NCBI GenBank assembly: GCA_002710785.1
Contig: PAMC01000016.1
Span: forward strand, 13,435 to 77,434
DNA: 64,000 nucleotides
Source of the DNA: a bacterium
GTDB taxonomy: Bacteria > Patescibacteriota > Minisyncoccia > Phycocordibacterales > UBA918
Direction of reading: 5' to 3'
In this document: in pieces, positions 1 to 8,438 of the stretch
How the letters are laid out: each line of letters begins with the position of its first letter
Position numbering within the stretch: position 1 is the stretch's first letter
Translations under genes and position numbers: made by a program
Notes under the pieces: model-generated
Seen by the model: only the letters and a program-made list of their open reading frames with translations
Database searches by the model: none
Told to the model about the DNA's origin: nothing

Positions 1-110
1 ACTTTGAGCGTAGGGTTAGCAAGCTTCGCCTACTGACCCAACTATGTGGCCTTAAGTCAAACTTAAGTGCACGCTATAGTACGGTTAAGTGTGTTATGAG
101 TCAAGTCTGA

Positions 111-674
111 TTATCGCATTACCCAAGGTGCTGCAGATGAGACAGAGACGTGTTGATTTACCTGCAGGCGATTGTCTGAAGACCAGGCTGCCGAAAGCTC
201 AGTAGGGTCCACTATAAGTACTTCATTATTAACAGTTAGTGCCCGCACCTCAAAATTAGTCGCATCAAATACCCGTAGGTAGCAGTCGCCGTCACTCGTT
301 GCTGTCACTGCACAGTAAAAGACAAATTCACCGCTTGGGCTGACCAGTGCTTGGTGGATAGCGGTGTGGGCCTCTGCAAGGTCTGGTGCAGCGGCAGCTG
401 AAACGCTAATAAGGGTTTCTGTCTCACCTTGGATCAAATACAGGCCATTCTCTGAAAGTGCTAGCTCAGGAGGAAGTGTGCTTGCGTCTGGTGCTGCAGT
501 TGGGCTTGGTGCTTCGGGTGTAACTTCGGGTTCTGCGTCCATAAGAGCTGCCGTTTGTGTTGCCGGGACGTAGGCCACTGGCGCGTCACTTACCGGAATA
601 CCGTAGGCAATAAGCGCGGTCGTAAAACCGATACAGAAAGTGAGAGCCATGATTGCGGCGCGTTCGTGTTGCAT
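111..674 (-). CDS. hypothetical secreted/membrane-anchored protein (N-terminal hydrophobic segment, Pro/Ala/Thr-rich linker)
   Basis: 187-codon ORF; N-terminus MALTFCIGFTTALIAYG is hydrophobic; an alternative start at Met9 (about 650) is possible; no recognisable catalytic motif. Confidence 0.45.
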   Translation of the reverse strand: MQHERAAIMALTFCIGFTTALIAYGIPVSDAPVAYVPATQTAALMDAEPEVTPEAPSPTAAPDASTLPPELALSENGLYLIQGETETLISVSAAAAPDLAEAHTAIHQALVSPSGEFVFYCAVTATSDGDCYLRVFDATNFEVRALTVNNEVLIVDPTELSAAWSSDNRLQVNQHVSVSSAAPWVMR

Positions 675-681
675 ACGATGG

Positions 682-981
682 TTATGGTGAAACTAATTTT
701 GAAATTCTGGTAGCGAGCTCAATGTCGAGCTTGGTTAAGCCGTGCAACTCGTGGGTTGTCAGCTTAACAGTGACACTGCGGTACGTGTAGGTAATATCTG
801 GGTGATGCTGCAAGATCTCAGCGTGTACGGCAATACGCGCAATGAATACTAAGCCAGCGACGTAATCAGGTTGTGCAAACGTGGCTTTTAGAAACGTTTG
901 CTTCGGATTAGATTGCCAATCAGGCAGTTTATTTAACGCAGCCGACAACTGCTTCTTTGTAAGAACCCGTTTTACACGCAC
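682..981 (-). CDS. pterin-4a-carbinolamine dehydratase (PCD/DCoH family)
   Basis: 99 aa; signature E-x3-H-H-P-x5-Y ... H-x8-D seen as EILQHHPDITYTYRSVTVKLTTHELHGLTKLD; typical size for the family. Confidence 0.8.
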   Translation of the reverse strand: MRVKRVLTKKQLSAALNKLPDWQSNPKQTFLKATFAQPDYVAGLVFIARIAVHAEILQHHPDITYTYRSVTVKLTTHELHGLTKLDIELATRISKLVSP

Positions 982-1040
982 ATCTATAGTATATCGCTCG
1001 TGATACCGCTATACTGAGTGCACACGTTAATAACTACCCT

Positions 1041-1712
1041 ATGCAGGTACTGATTATTCCTGATTTATTTGCGAAAGACACTCAGTGGGAACCAGTTGTT
1101 GAATCCTTCGCCAAAGCTGGTGTGCGGGCTGAAGTAGTGTCATTTACAGCGCCGAGAGATGAAGATCTGTCTGAAATTGTGGAGTTTGTAAATCAGCGAT
1201 TGATCGAAAAAACGTACCTTATCGGTCATGGAGTAGGTGGACGGGTGGCAATCCAGCTGGCTTCCCAGCAACCGCACCAATTGGCGGGTCTTATGCTGAC
1301 CAGCACACCAGCGATGCCGGCAGCGAGCTTTCGCACCTTTCTTTTTAAGGTGTTGCACTTTTTTGGTACACTAGTTCGCATCGTCATCCCCTATTACATC
1401 CGTAAGAAAATTGTCACGAAGTATCGCGAACTAAAGCCAGGCGACCCAAAGAAAACGCTGTACAACATTATTATTGCGCCGAGTATGGAAGCATTCTTGG
1501 CAAAGTTATCAGTACCGCTGCTACTGCTTTGGGGTGAGCGTGACACTCGGGTAGCGCCAGCTGTTGCTGAAGTAATGAGTGAGACACTTCATAATTTTGA
1601 TGTGCCGCACGATTTGCAGCTGGTAGCTGGTGGCACAGACCAACTACATGTTTCACATGCAGAGCTGGTTGCTCACACAGTACTAGAGGCGCTCCAGTCC
1701 GATTTAGCGTAG
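1041..1712 (+). CDS. alpha/beta-hydrolase fold protein with Gly at the nucleophile position
   Basis: 223 aa; nucleophile-elbow context LIGHGVGGRVA fits G-x-S-x-G spacing but the Ser codon is GGA (Gly) at 1233-1235; a C-terminal Asp/His region is present (VPHDLQLV...HVSHAELV). Confidence 0.6.
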   Translation: MQVLIIPDLFAKDTQWEPVVESFAKAGVRAEVVSFTAPRDEDLSEIVEFVNQRLIEKTYLIGHGVGGRVAIQLASQQPHQLAGLMLTSTPAMPAASFRTFLFKVLHFFGTLVRIVIPYYIRKKIVTKYRELKPGDPKKTLYNIIIAPSMEAFLAKLSVPLLLLWGERDTRVAPAVAEVMSETLHNFDVPHDLQLVAGGTDQLHVSHAELVAHTVLEALQSDLA

Positions 1713-2669
1713 TGCACGCACTTGCGTGAGAACAAACTCTTCTGGAGTAATACCAACAGCGTTGAGGGTCTGCGTCAGTGCAGATTCTGCTGTGAGTGGT
1801 GCAAGGGTGTTCGTTTCAAGGAAATACACCTGACCAGCTGGCGTCACCTGAAAATCAGTGCGGACCGAGCCCGTTAAATCAAGTGCTTTGTACACGTTGT
1901 CGGCAATCTCAGCGACCGTGCGCTTATGTTCACGTGAGAGTGCCGCCGGTTGCAGTACCTCGTTGTTCTCTAGTACACCGTCGGTAGCAAACTGGTGCTG
2001 CCACTGTAGTAGTGGTGTGTGGTAGAGCTTTTCTCCGCGCATACCTGGCATCGATGCCAGGGTTACCGCCTGCCCATCGATGTACTCTTCAATTAGGCAG
2101 GCTGGATGCACGCTTAAGACTTGGGCGATCACCGCTGGCAGCTGTGCTCCGTTTGCAACCAAGTAGACAGAATCACGCTGGGTACCAGAAACTGGCTTAA
2201 CTACGTACGTTGGGCCAAATAACTCTTGGATGCGAGTGCTCAGACCGTGTAGGTCGCTTTGGCTATGAGCATGCGCAATTAGCCGCTGCGGAATACGTAC
2301 ACCAGCACTTCGAACACGTTCGGTGGCCAGGTCTTTCTGCCAGGTCTCTAAAGCGGTGTATGGTTTTTCGGTTTGGTGTGGCACGCCGTGCTGCTCTAGC
2401 ACACGGGCCAGTTGGCCGTCTTCGCCGTACGGCCCGAGAACCGTCAGGTACGCGGCGTCAACATGCGGCAGAAAGGTAGTTGGTGAGACCACCAGACCGT
2501 CGTGCAGCCATTCGCCGTTAGGAGCGACCACAACATCAACCGGGGTGTACCGTCGACTACGCGAGAGTAGCGCAAGGACAGTGGCTCCGTACTCCATTGA
2601 TTGTCGGTTCGTCGCCCGCTCGCCACCCCGAAATACCGCAATGCGTTCTTTTCCACCTAAAAGTGACAT
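1704..2669 (-). CDS. ddl: D-alanine--D-alanine ligase-like ATP-grasp enzyme
   Basis: 321 aa; ATP-grasp hallmarks (LGPYGEDGQLARVLEQHGVPH; VYFLETNTLAPLT); size and order match Ddl; 9-nt convergent overlap with the hydrolase gene. Confidence 0.65.
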   Translation of the reverse strand: MSLLGGKERIAVFRGGERATNRQSMEYGATVLALLSRSRRYTPVDVVVAPNGEWLHDGLVVSPTTFLPHVDAAYLTVLGPYGEDGQLARVLEQHGVPHQTEKPYTALETWQKDLATERVRSAGVRIPQRLIAHAHSQSDLHGLSTRIQELFGPTYVVKPVSGTQRDSVYLVANGAQLPAVIAQVLSVHPACLIEEYIDGQAVTLASMPGMRGEKLYHTPLLQWQHQFATDGVLENNEVLQPAALSREHKRTVAEIADNVYKALDLTGSVRTDFQVTPAGQVYFLETNTLAPLTAESALTQTLNAVGITPEEFVLTQVRALR

Positions 2670-2684
2670 GCCTGTAGTATAGCA

Positions 2685-3920
2685 CTACGACAACTGGCGC
2701 CGGCTGCGTCGCTGACGATGAAACGCCACCGCAAAGCGGTGTGCTTCGGCGTTAGCTAGCAGTATTTGATTTTCGTACTGACTGCGCAGCTTAGCACTGG
2801 CTACCACCCGAATAGGTTTGTGTCGTTCGTCCTTGGTTACTGCTACTACCGGTATCACCAAACCGAGCTTCTTAAGCACAAACTCAGCCGCATTTTTTTG
2901 CGCGGCAGCACCGTCAACTACAATAATCTGCGGAAACGGCCACTCTGGGTGGTTAAATCGGCGTTCGAGTACTTCTTTTAGGGCCGCTGTGTCGTTGCTG
3001 CTGCTAAGCGATTCAATTTTAAACTTGCGGTACTCACTCTTTTTTGGCTCTTCCCCTTCTAGTACGGTCATCACACCGACCATATCTTGTCCGCTCAAGT
3101 GCGCCACGTCGTACGCCTCGATGCGCACCGTACGCTCGTCGCGATAGATCTTGCGGTCGTTTTGGATCAGCGCCACGTCCTGGATGTGTTCAAGCGCAAA
3201 GATTTTTTTCTTGATGCGCTCAGCCTCTTCAAACGCTTCAGTTTTGGCAGCAGCCATCATGTCTTTCTTAAGCTCTTTGATAAGCTGCTGTTTTTTACCT
3301 TCAAAAAAGAGCCGGAGGTGGCGGATGGTTTTCTCGTAAGCCACCTTGTCGCCGTGCTCTGGGTAGAGGCCAATTTGGCGATTAAAGTCGATGCGTCCTT
3401 TCACTACCTTACTCCTTTCGCTCCCCAACGGTTTGTCGGTATCGTAGTACTTAAAAAGTCTGCGAACAATTTTTAATGCTTCACGAAACAGTTGCCCACT
3501 TGGAAACGGACCAAAATGATACTTGATTTCGGCTTCGGTAAACCGTTCGGTGAGGTCTTTACCCCGGACCACCAACACCCGTGGCCACTCCTCGTTGGTA
3601 ATAATGAGATGGTTGTAGCTTTTGTCGTCTTTGCTGCGGGTGTTGTAGTGCGGTTTGTGTGTTCGGATGAGGTTGGTCTCCAAGATGAGTGCTTCAAGCG
3701 TGCTGTCGGTTTCTGTTACCTCGACCGTCTTTGCCCGTTCTACCATCTGCTGAATCAATTCTGAGCGTTTGTCGCGAAGGTCATTTGCGAAGTAACTGCG
3801 CACCCGATTGCGTAAGCTGGTAGCTTTACCAATGTAAAGTATCTCTTTTTTGGCACCGAGAAAAAAATACACCCCAGGTGTATCGGGCAATTCTTTCTTC
3901 GCCAAATCTTCTCGCGTCAT
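2685..3920 (-). CDS. uvrC: excinuclease ABC subunit C, short form (GIY-YIG + UVR + RNase-H-like endonuclease domain, no C-terminal HhH2)
   Basis: 411 aa; N-terminal GIY-YIG (GVYFFLGAKKEILYIGKATSLRNRVRSYF); UVR-like helix (KKQQLIKELKKDMMAAAKTEAFEEAERIKKKIFALE); C-terminal UvrC motif IIVVDGAAAQ; protein ends about 200 aa earlier than canonical UvrC. Confidence 0.8.
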   Translation of the reverse strand: MTREDLAKKELPDTPGVYFFLGAKKEILYIGKATSLRNRVRSYFANDLRDKRSELIQQMVERAKTVEVTETDSTLEALILETNLIRTHKPHYNTRSKDDKSYNHLIITNEEWPRVLVVRGKDLTERFTEAEIKYHFGPFPSGQLFREALKIVRRLFKYYDTDKPLGSERSKVVKGRIDFNRQIGLYPEHGDKVAYEKTIRHLRLFFEGKKQQLIKELKKDMMAAAKTEAFEEAERIKKKIFALEHIQDVALIQNDRKIYRDERTVRIEAYDVAHLSGQDMVGVMTVLEGEEPKKSEYRKFKIESLSSSNDTAALKEVLERRFNHPEWPFPQIIVVDGAAAQKNAAEFVLKKLGLVIPVVAVTKDERHKPIRVVASAKLRSQYENQILLANAEAHRFAVAFHRQRRSRRQLS

Positions 3921-3970
3921 GTCGCCTACTATAGCAAATCAAAAAAAGAAAAATCGCCAGTGGTTGGCGA

Positions 3971-4258
3971 TTAGTTGGTCGTGGCAGCCAAATGTCCCGA
4001 GATGGCCTGGTGAGCAAACGATGGAAGATTGCCATTGATTGCTTCCGAAACAAGGTCACTGGTAATGGTGTTCCCTGTCGCAGCTGCGCACGAATTAAGC
4101 AAACTCTGCATGTCTTCCCAGGTGTAATCATCGGGCAGTAGTTGATGCTCTCGCAGAACATTGATGTGATCACCGCGCAGGGCTTTCATGAATTTGGTTC
4201 GCTCGGCCTGACGATCTCCATCTGGAAGCACTTCGAGGCGAGGCGTTGATCTATCCAT
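3971..4258 (-). CDS. hypothetical small protein
   Basis: 95-codon ORF co-directional between uvrA and uvrC; no recognisable motif. Confidence 0.35.
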   Translation of the reverse strand: MDRSTPRLEVLPDGDRQAERTKFMKALRGDHINVLREHQLLPDDYTWEDMQSLLNSCAAATGNTITSDLVSEAINGNLPSFAHQAISGHLAATTN

Positions 4259-4325
4259 CGCTTTTCCCTTTTAGTGTGAGCTCTAGAGCAGGTTCTAGTC
4301 TGCCCCTCTGAATATTCAGTATACC

Positions 4326-6962
4326 CTACTTCCGACGGAGAATTTTCTTTAAGTACTGTCCGGTGTGACTAACTTTGCTCTCAGCCACTTCTTCAGGTGT
4401 ACCCTTTGCCACTACATTGCCACCGCCGGCCCCGCCCTCCGGGCCAATATCGATAATGTAATCGGCACTCTTTACTACCTCAAGGTTATGCTCAATCACC
4501 ATGACCGTGTTACCGCGGTTAACCAGCTCTTGGAGGATCTCGATTAGCTTAGCGACGTCGTCATAATGAAGACCAATCGTCGGTTCGTCGAGTAAGTAAA
4601 TGGTCTTCTCGGTATGTTTACGGTAGAGCTCGGAAGCAATCTTAACGCGCTGGGCTTCTCCACCAGAGAGTGTGGTTGCGCTCTGTCCAAGTTCGAGGTA
4701 CCCCAAGCCAACATCAAGAAGGGCCTTGAGTCGCTCCTCGATAGCTGGAATGTCTTTGTAAAACTCATGCGCCTCTTCAATAGTAAGGTGTAGAACCTCG
4801 TAAATATTTTTACCTTTGTAACGTACTTCGAGTGTCTCTTTGGTAAAACGCTTGCCATCGCAGACGTCACAGGTTACGTACACTGTCGGCAGAAAGTGCA
4901 TCTCAACCGCAATTACACCGTTACCCTGACAAGCCTCACACCGGCCGCCTTTAACGTTAAAGCTAAACCGGCCCGGCTTCCAGCCGCGAGCTTTAGCCTC
5001 GCTAGTGGCGGCAAAGAGGTCGCGAATGTGGGTAAACGCTCCGGTGTAGGTGGCAGGGTTAGATCGTGGAGTACGGCCAATGGGCGATTGGTCGATCAGT
5101 ACTGTGCGGCCGAGGTACTCGGTACCGGTAAAGTCGCTCACGTTATAGGTTTTAGCGGTGCGGTGGCGCTTCTCTAGCTTGGCCAGAAGATTCTTGTGGA
5201 GGATCTCGTACATAAAGGTCGACTTGCCCGAGCCAGACACTCCTGTCACACAAATTAGTCGTCCGAGCGGCACTGAAATATTTAGATTTTTGATGTTAAA
5301 CGCCTTACCGCCTTTAATCTTAATGCTGCCCTTCTCGCTGCTGCGACGGTCGGGTACCGTAATTGCCTTCTCTCCCCGCAGATACGCTAAGGTGGTTGAT
5401 TTTGAATTGTTTTTTGGTGCATCAAGTAGGGGCTGTAGGTAATCAGCCACGACCACCTCCCCACCATGTACCCCGGCCCCGGGGCCAATGTCGACCAGGT
5501 AGTCGGCAGCGAAGATTGTGTCTTCGTCGTGCTCAACCACTACAATAGTGTTACCTAAGTCGCGCAAGTCAGTGAGCGTCTTGATAAGCCGATCGTTGTC
5601 GCGCTGATGAAGGCCAATTGTCGGCTCATCGAGTACGTAGAGTGCACCGACCAAGCCGGAGCCCAGCTGCGACGCCAGGCGAATACGCTGCGCCTCCCCG
5701 CCAGAGAGCGTGTTAGCCCGACGGTTGAGCGTTAGGTACTCAATACCAACGTCTTGCATAAACTGTAGTCGGTCGATAATTTCGCGCAGCGCTGGCCAGG
5801 CAATATCATGCTGTTTTTTACTAAGCTTCAAATTGGCGATAAACTCAGCGGCATCTTTGACCGTCAGTTCAGTAAAATCGACGATATTTTTCCCCAGGTC
5901 TTTACCGCTGCCACCTAGAAACACGCGTAGCGCTTCTGGCCGCAAACGGGCACCGTTACAGCTTGGACATTCGTCGGTGTTAAAAATACCTACAACGCCA
6001 AGGCCGTTACACTCCGGACATGCCCCGTACGGTGAGTTAAACGAGAAGAGCCGGGGTTCTACTTCGGGAAATGATGAACCGTCAACCGGGCAGGTGAACT
6101 TGGCCGAGAGGGTGCGGGTGCTGCCATCGGGTGATTCAACTTTTACGAGCCCATTGGCCTCATGCAAGGCAATCTCAATCGCCTCTGAGAGACGCTCGTG
6201 TGAGCCTTTGGGGTCATCTGAGAATTCACTGACGTAGATCTCATCAATGAGTAGATCGATGTCGTGGCGTTTAGTTTTTGAAAGCTCAATTTTCTCTCGC
6301 AGTTGCTTGATTTCACCATCAATCTTCACTGTCTCAAAACCTTTACCTAAGAGGTCGTAAAGTAACTGGTAGTACTCGCCTTTACGACCCACCACAATTG
6401 GTGCAAAAACCGACACTCGTCCTTTACTCACCTCGATTCCGAGCACTTTCTCGGACTGCTTTTTGGTCGCGGCTTTAACCTCCTTCTCTTCGATCGATTT
6501 GAGGATGATGCCGACAATCTCATCTTGCGACAGCTTCTCAATCGGTACGTCGACATCTAAACAGTACGGCTGGCCAACCCGTGCGTAGAGGATGCGCAGG
6601 TAGTCGTAGATTTCGGTGATGGTAGCAACTGTTGAGCGTGGGTTGCGACTGGCTGACTTTTGGTCGATAGAAATGGCTGGTGAGAGACCAGAGATTTCGT
6701 CGACATCCGGCTTTTGCATCTTATTGAGAAACTGTCGCGCGTAAGCCGAGAGCGACTCGACGTACCGGCGTTGGCCTTCGGCAAAAATGGTATCGAAGGC
6801 TAAGCTCGACTTTCCGGACCCTGACGGACCGGAGACCACGACGAGCTTGTTGCGCGGCATATCAACGTCAATATTCTTTAGGTTGTGCGTACGCGCACCG
6901 CGTACGCTGATCTTTTCGTCGTTTGGATCTTTCCAAGCCGTTTTTGTTTTCTTGGTGGCCAT
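4326..6962 (-). CDS. uvrA: excinuclease ABC subunit A
   Basis: Two ABC modules; Walker A VVSGPSGSGKSSLAFDTIFAEGQRRYVESLSAYARQF and ICVTGVSGSGKSTF; signature LSGGEAQR twice; Zn-finger CPECNG/CPSCNG and CEACQGNG...CDVCDG; probable start MATKKTKTAWKD at 6962, the ORF-track ATG at 7004 adds 14 unlikely codons. Confidence 0.95.
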   Translation of the reverse strand: MATKKTKTAWKDPNDEKISVRGARTHNLKNIDVDMPRNKLVVVSGPSGSGKSSLAFDTIFAEGQRRYVESLSAYARQFLNKMQKPDVDEISGLSPAISIDQKSASRNPRSTVATITEIYDYLRILYARVGQPYCLDVDVPIEKLSQDEIVGIILKSIEEKEVKAATKKQSEKVLGIEVSKGRVSVFAPIVVGRKGEYYQLLYDLLGKGFETVKIDGEIKQLREKIELSKTKRHDIDLLIDEIYVSEFSDDPKGSHERLSEAIEIALHEANGLVKVESPDGSTRTLSAKFTCPVDGSSFPEVEPRLFSFNSPYGACPECNGLGVVGIFNTDECPSCNGARLRPEALRVFLGGSGKDLGKNIVDFTELTVKDAAEFIANLKLSKKQHDIAWPALREIIDRLQFMQDVGIEYLTLNRRANTLSGGEAQRIRLASQLGSGLVGALYVLDEPTIGLHQRDNDRLIKTLTDLRDLGNTIVVVEHDEDTIFAADYLVDIGPGAGVHGGEVVVADYLQPLLDAPKNNSKSTTLAYLRGEKAITVPDRRSSEKGSIKIKGGKAFNIKNLNISVPLGRLICVTGVSGSGKSTFMYEILHKNLLAKLEKRHRTAKTYNVSDFTGTEYLGRTVLIDQSPIGRTPRSNPATYTGAFTHIRDLFAATSEAKARGWKPGRFSFNVKGGRCEACQGNGVIAVEMHFLPTVYVTCDVCDGKRFTKETLEVRYKGKNIYEVLHLTIEEAHEFYKDIPAIEERLKALLDVGLGYLELGQSATTLSGGEAQRVKIASELYRKHTEKTIYLLDEPTIGLHYDDVAKLIEILQELVNRGNTVMVIEHNLEVVKSADYIIDIGPEGGAGGGNVVAKGTPEEVAESKVSHTGQYLKKILRRK

Positions 6963-6976
6963 ATAACAGGTAAAGG

Positions 6977-6996
6977 GCTGCGGGTGTGGCCGCAGC
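6977..6996 (-). promoter_or_regulatory. 7-bp stem / 6-nt loop hairpin (GCTGCGG-ccacac-CCGCAGC) in the uvrA 5' leader; possible -10 TATACT (7009-7014) and -35 TAGACC (7032-7037) upstream on the minus strand
   Basis: Inverted repeat read directly; on the transcript it is followed by CCUUUACCUGUUAU then the uvrA AUG; promoter hexamers chosen by eye with a 17-nt spacer. Confidence 0.25.
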
Positions 6997-7020
6997 TCAT
7001 GCACGGGTAGTATACCTGGC

Positions 7021-8313
7021 TCAGGCAGCTGGGTCTAGCACCACTTCGGGCTCTGGGCGCCGTCTCGTATGGTGTAGGTGGTGCCCAATTAAAAGCAACA
7101 CTGCACCGATACAGACGGTAGCCACTGAGGCAAGAAGGTACCAGACCAACATCTCCTGGGCGGGGTCGCTGTCTGGCACGCTGGTTATCTGGGTGTCACC
7201 GCTTGGTGGCGTGCGAACCAGGCGCCCTGCAATCATTTCAAAATCGAGCGGGCCGCTCAAGAGCTCGGGTGACGCTTGTGCGTACAGTTCATACGTGGCT
7301 GACGGAAGCGGTGCATCAAGCGTAAGCGAAAACCACCCATTACGCTGCACCGTAGTGCTCGCGCGCTGTTGATCGCGAAGTAACAAAAGTTCGATCGACT
7401 GCTCTGGGGTAGCAGTACCAAACACTAGCACGTCGCCAGATTCTAGCTGGTGGATAAGACGGATCTCTGGCACCAGCAGGGTTGGCATAGTTGTCGTTGG
7501 TGCACGCAGCACCTCGGGCGTGCTGGTTGCGTTACTAGTACTGGTAGCCCTTGAGCTCGTAGCAGCTTGCTCTAGCTTTAGCGTATTGCGGATTCGAACG
7601 TTTGGTCTGGTTGCCACCACGACCTCTTCTGAAGCACGAGCTGTATAGGCGCTAACGGTATACGAACCGTCGGGTAGCTCTCTTGTGTCAGCAGCAAGTT
7701 GCCACGTTTCTGCGGCCTGCTTCACGGCAGCGCCAAGTACGTAGGTACCTGAGGCATTGGCTGCAGCCAAGATCACCTCTTCTGTGTCTGGGGCGCTCAC
7801 CACAACCGGCACCACACCACTTAGTGGCTCAGGTTGCGTAATGTCAATCGTCGCAGTCGTTCGCGGCAGCGCCTCAATCAGCGTTGCTGTTTGAGGTACT
7901 GCGGCCGGTGCGGCAATTTGGTTGAATAAATTCCAGGAGAGTGCGACCCCAAGCAGCATAATCGCAATCCCGCCCAAACGAGCTACACCAACCGCTAACG
8001 CGTCGGTATTAACCGGTATGCTAGAGGCACCAATGGCAGAGAGGGTAATCGTTCGCCCCAGCAGGCGACCAGGCGCCTTAGGGCTGGTTGGCATAGTGTG
8101 TTGATGGCCGCCATAGCGAGCCTCGCGCACCGACTGTGGCTTAGTGTTTTTTGGGCGCTTTACCACCCGCTTAACCACTCGCTTCACTCTCTTTGTGGCG
8201 ACTTTCTTGGTTGTCTTTTTTGCTACTTTACGGGTACGAGTAGCAGTTTTTTTTGCCGCCTTCTTGACAGCTCTTTTGCTACTACGAACAGTCGTGCGTT
8301 TCTTGACGCTCAT
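7021..8313 (-). CDS. bitopic membrane protein with Lys-rich histone-H1-like N-terminal tail and Ig-like extracytoplasmic repeats
   Basis: 430 aa; residues 1-60 carry AKK/KKV/KRV repeats (about 45 percent K/R); TM segments GGIAIMLLGVALSWNLF and MLVWYLLASVATVCIGAVLLLIG; two beta-rich Thr/Ser-rich repeats between them (GSYTVSAYTARA, ATYELYAQAS). Confidence 0.6.
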   Translation of the reverse strand: MSVKKRTTVRSSKRAVKKAAKKTATRTRKVAKKTTKKVATKRVKRVVKRVVKRPKNTKPQSVREARYGGHQHTMPTSPKAPGRLLGRTITLSAIGASSIPVNTDALAVGVARLGGIAIMLLGVALSWNLFNQIAAPAAVPQTATLIEALPRTTATIDITQPEPLSGVVPVVVSAPDTEEVILAAANASGTYVLGAAVKQAAETWQLAADTRELPDGSYTVSAYTARASEEVVVATRPNVRIRNTLKLEQAATSSRATSTSNATSTPEVLRAPTTTMPTLLVPEIRLIHQLESGDVLVFGTATPEQSIELLLLRDQQRASTTVQRNGWFSLTLDAPLPSATYELYAQASPELLSGPLDFEMIAGRLVRTPPSGDTQITSVPDSDPAQEMLVWYLLASVATVCIGAVLLLIGHHLHHTRRRPEPEVVLDPAA

Positions 8314-8390
8314 ACCTCTAGTATAGCGCTCTGCGACTCGCTGACTCGTCAGTTATCACCTACCTCATAAGACAGAAACCCAAGACCTCA

Positions 8391-8434
8391 CCACCTCTGG
8401 CTTACTATCATATATGATAGTAAGCCAGAGGTGG
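8391..8434. promoter_or_regulatory. perfect 44-bp palindrome (22+22 nt, no spacer): candidate uvrB terminator or operator for the downstream gene
   Basis: ccacctctggcttactatcata|tatgatagtaagccagaggtgg is exactly self-complementary; begins 5 nt after the uvrB stop and ends 78 nt before the next start; U-rich-ish tail (GGGUUUCUGUCUU) on the minus transcript. Confidence 0.5.
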
Positions 8435-8438
8435 CCCA

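Noticed and set aside
982-1040. Divergent promoter between the PCD and hydrolase genes (tatagtatat / gctatact -10-like boxes).
   Set aside because: I could not pair either hexamer with a convincing -35 at 16-18 nt spacing. Only the TATACT 4 nt upstream of the PCD ATG is noted, as a possible leaderless promoter.
6963-7004. Upstream in-frame ATG extensions proposed by the ORF track for uvrA (7004), uvrB (10532), tgt (12002), FKBP (12700), the AI-2E gene (15196) and the DUF916 genes (17662, 34654).
   Set aside because: Homology, signal-peptide logic or gene overlap place the real starts further downstream. The extra codons are Cys/His/Arg-rich or AT-rich and are not conserved features of these families.
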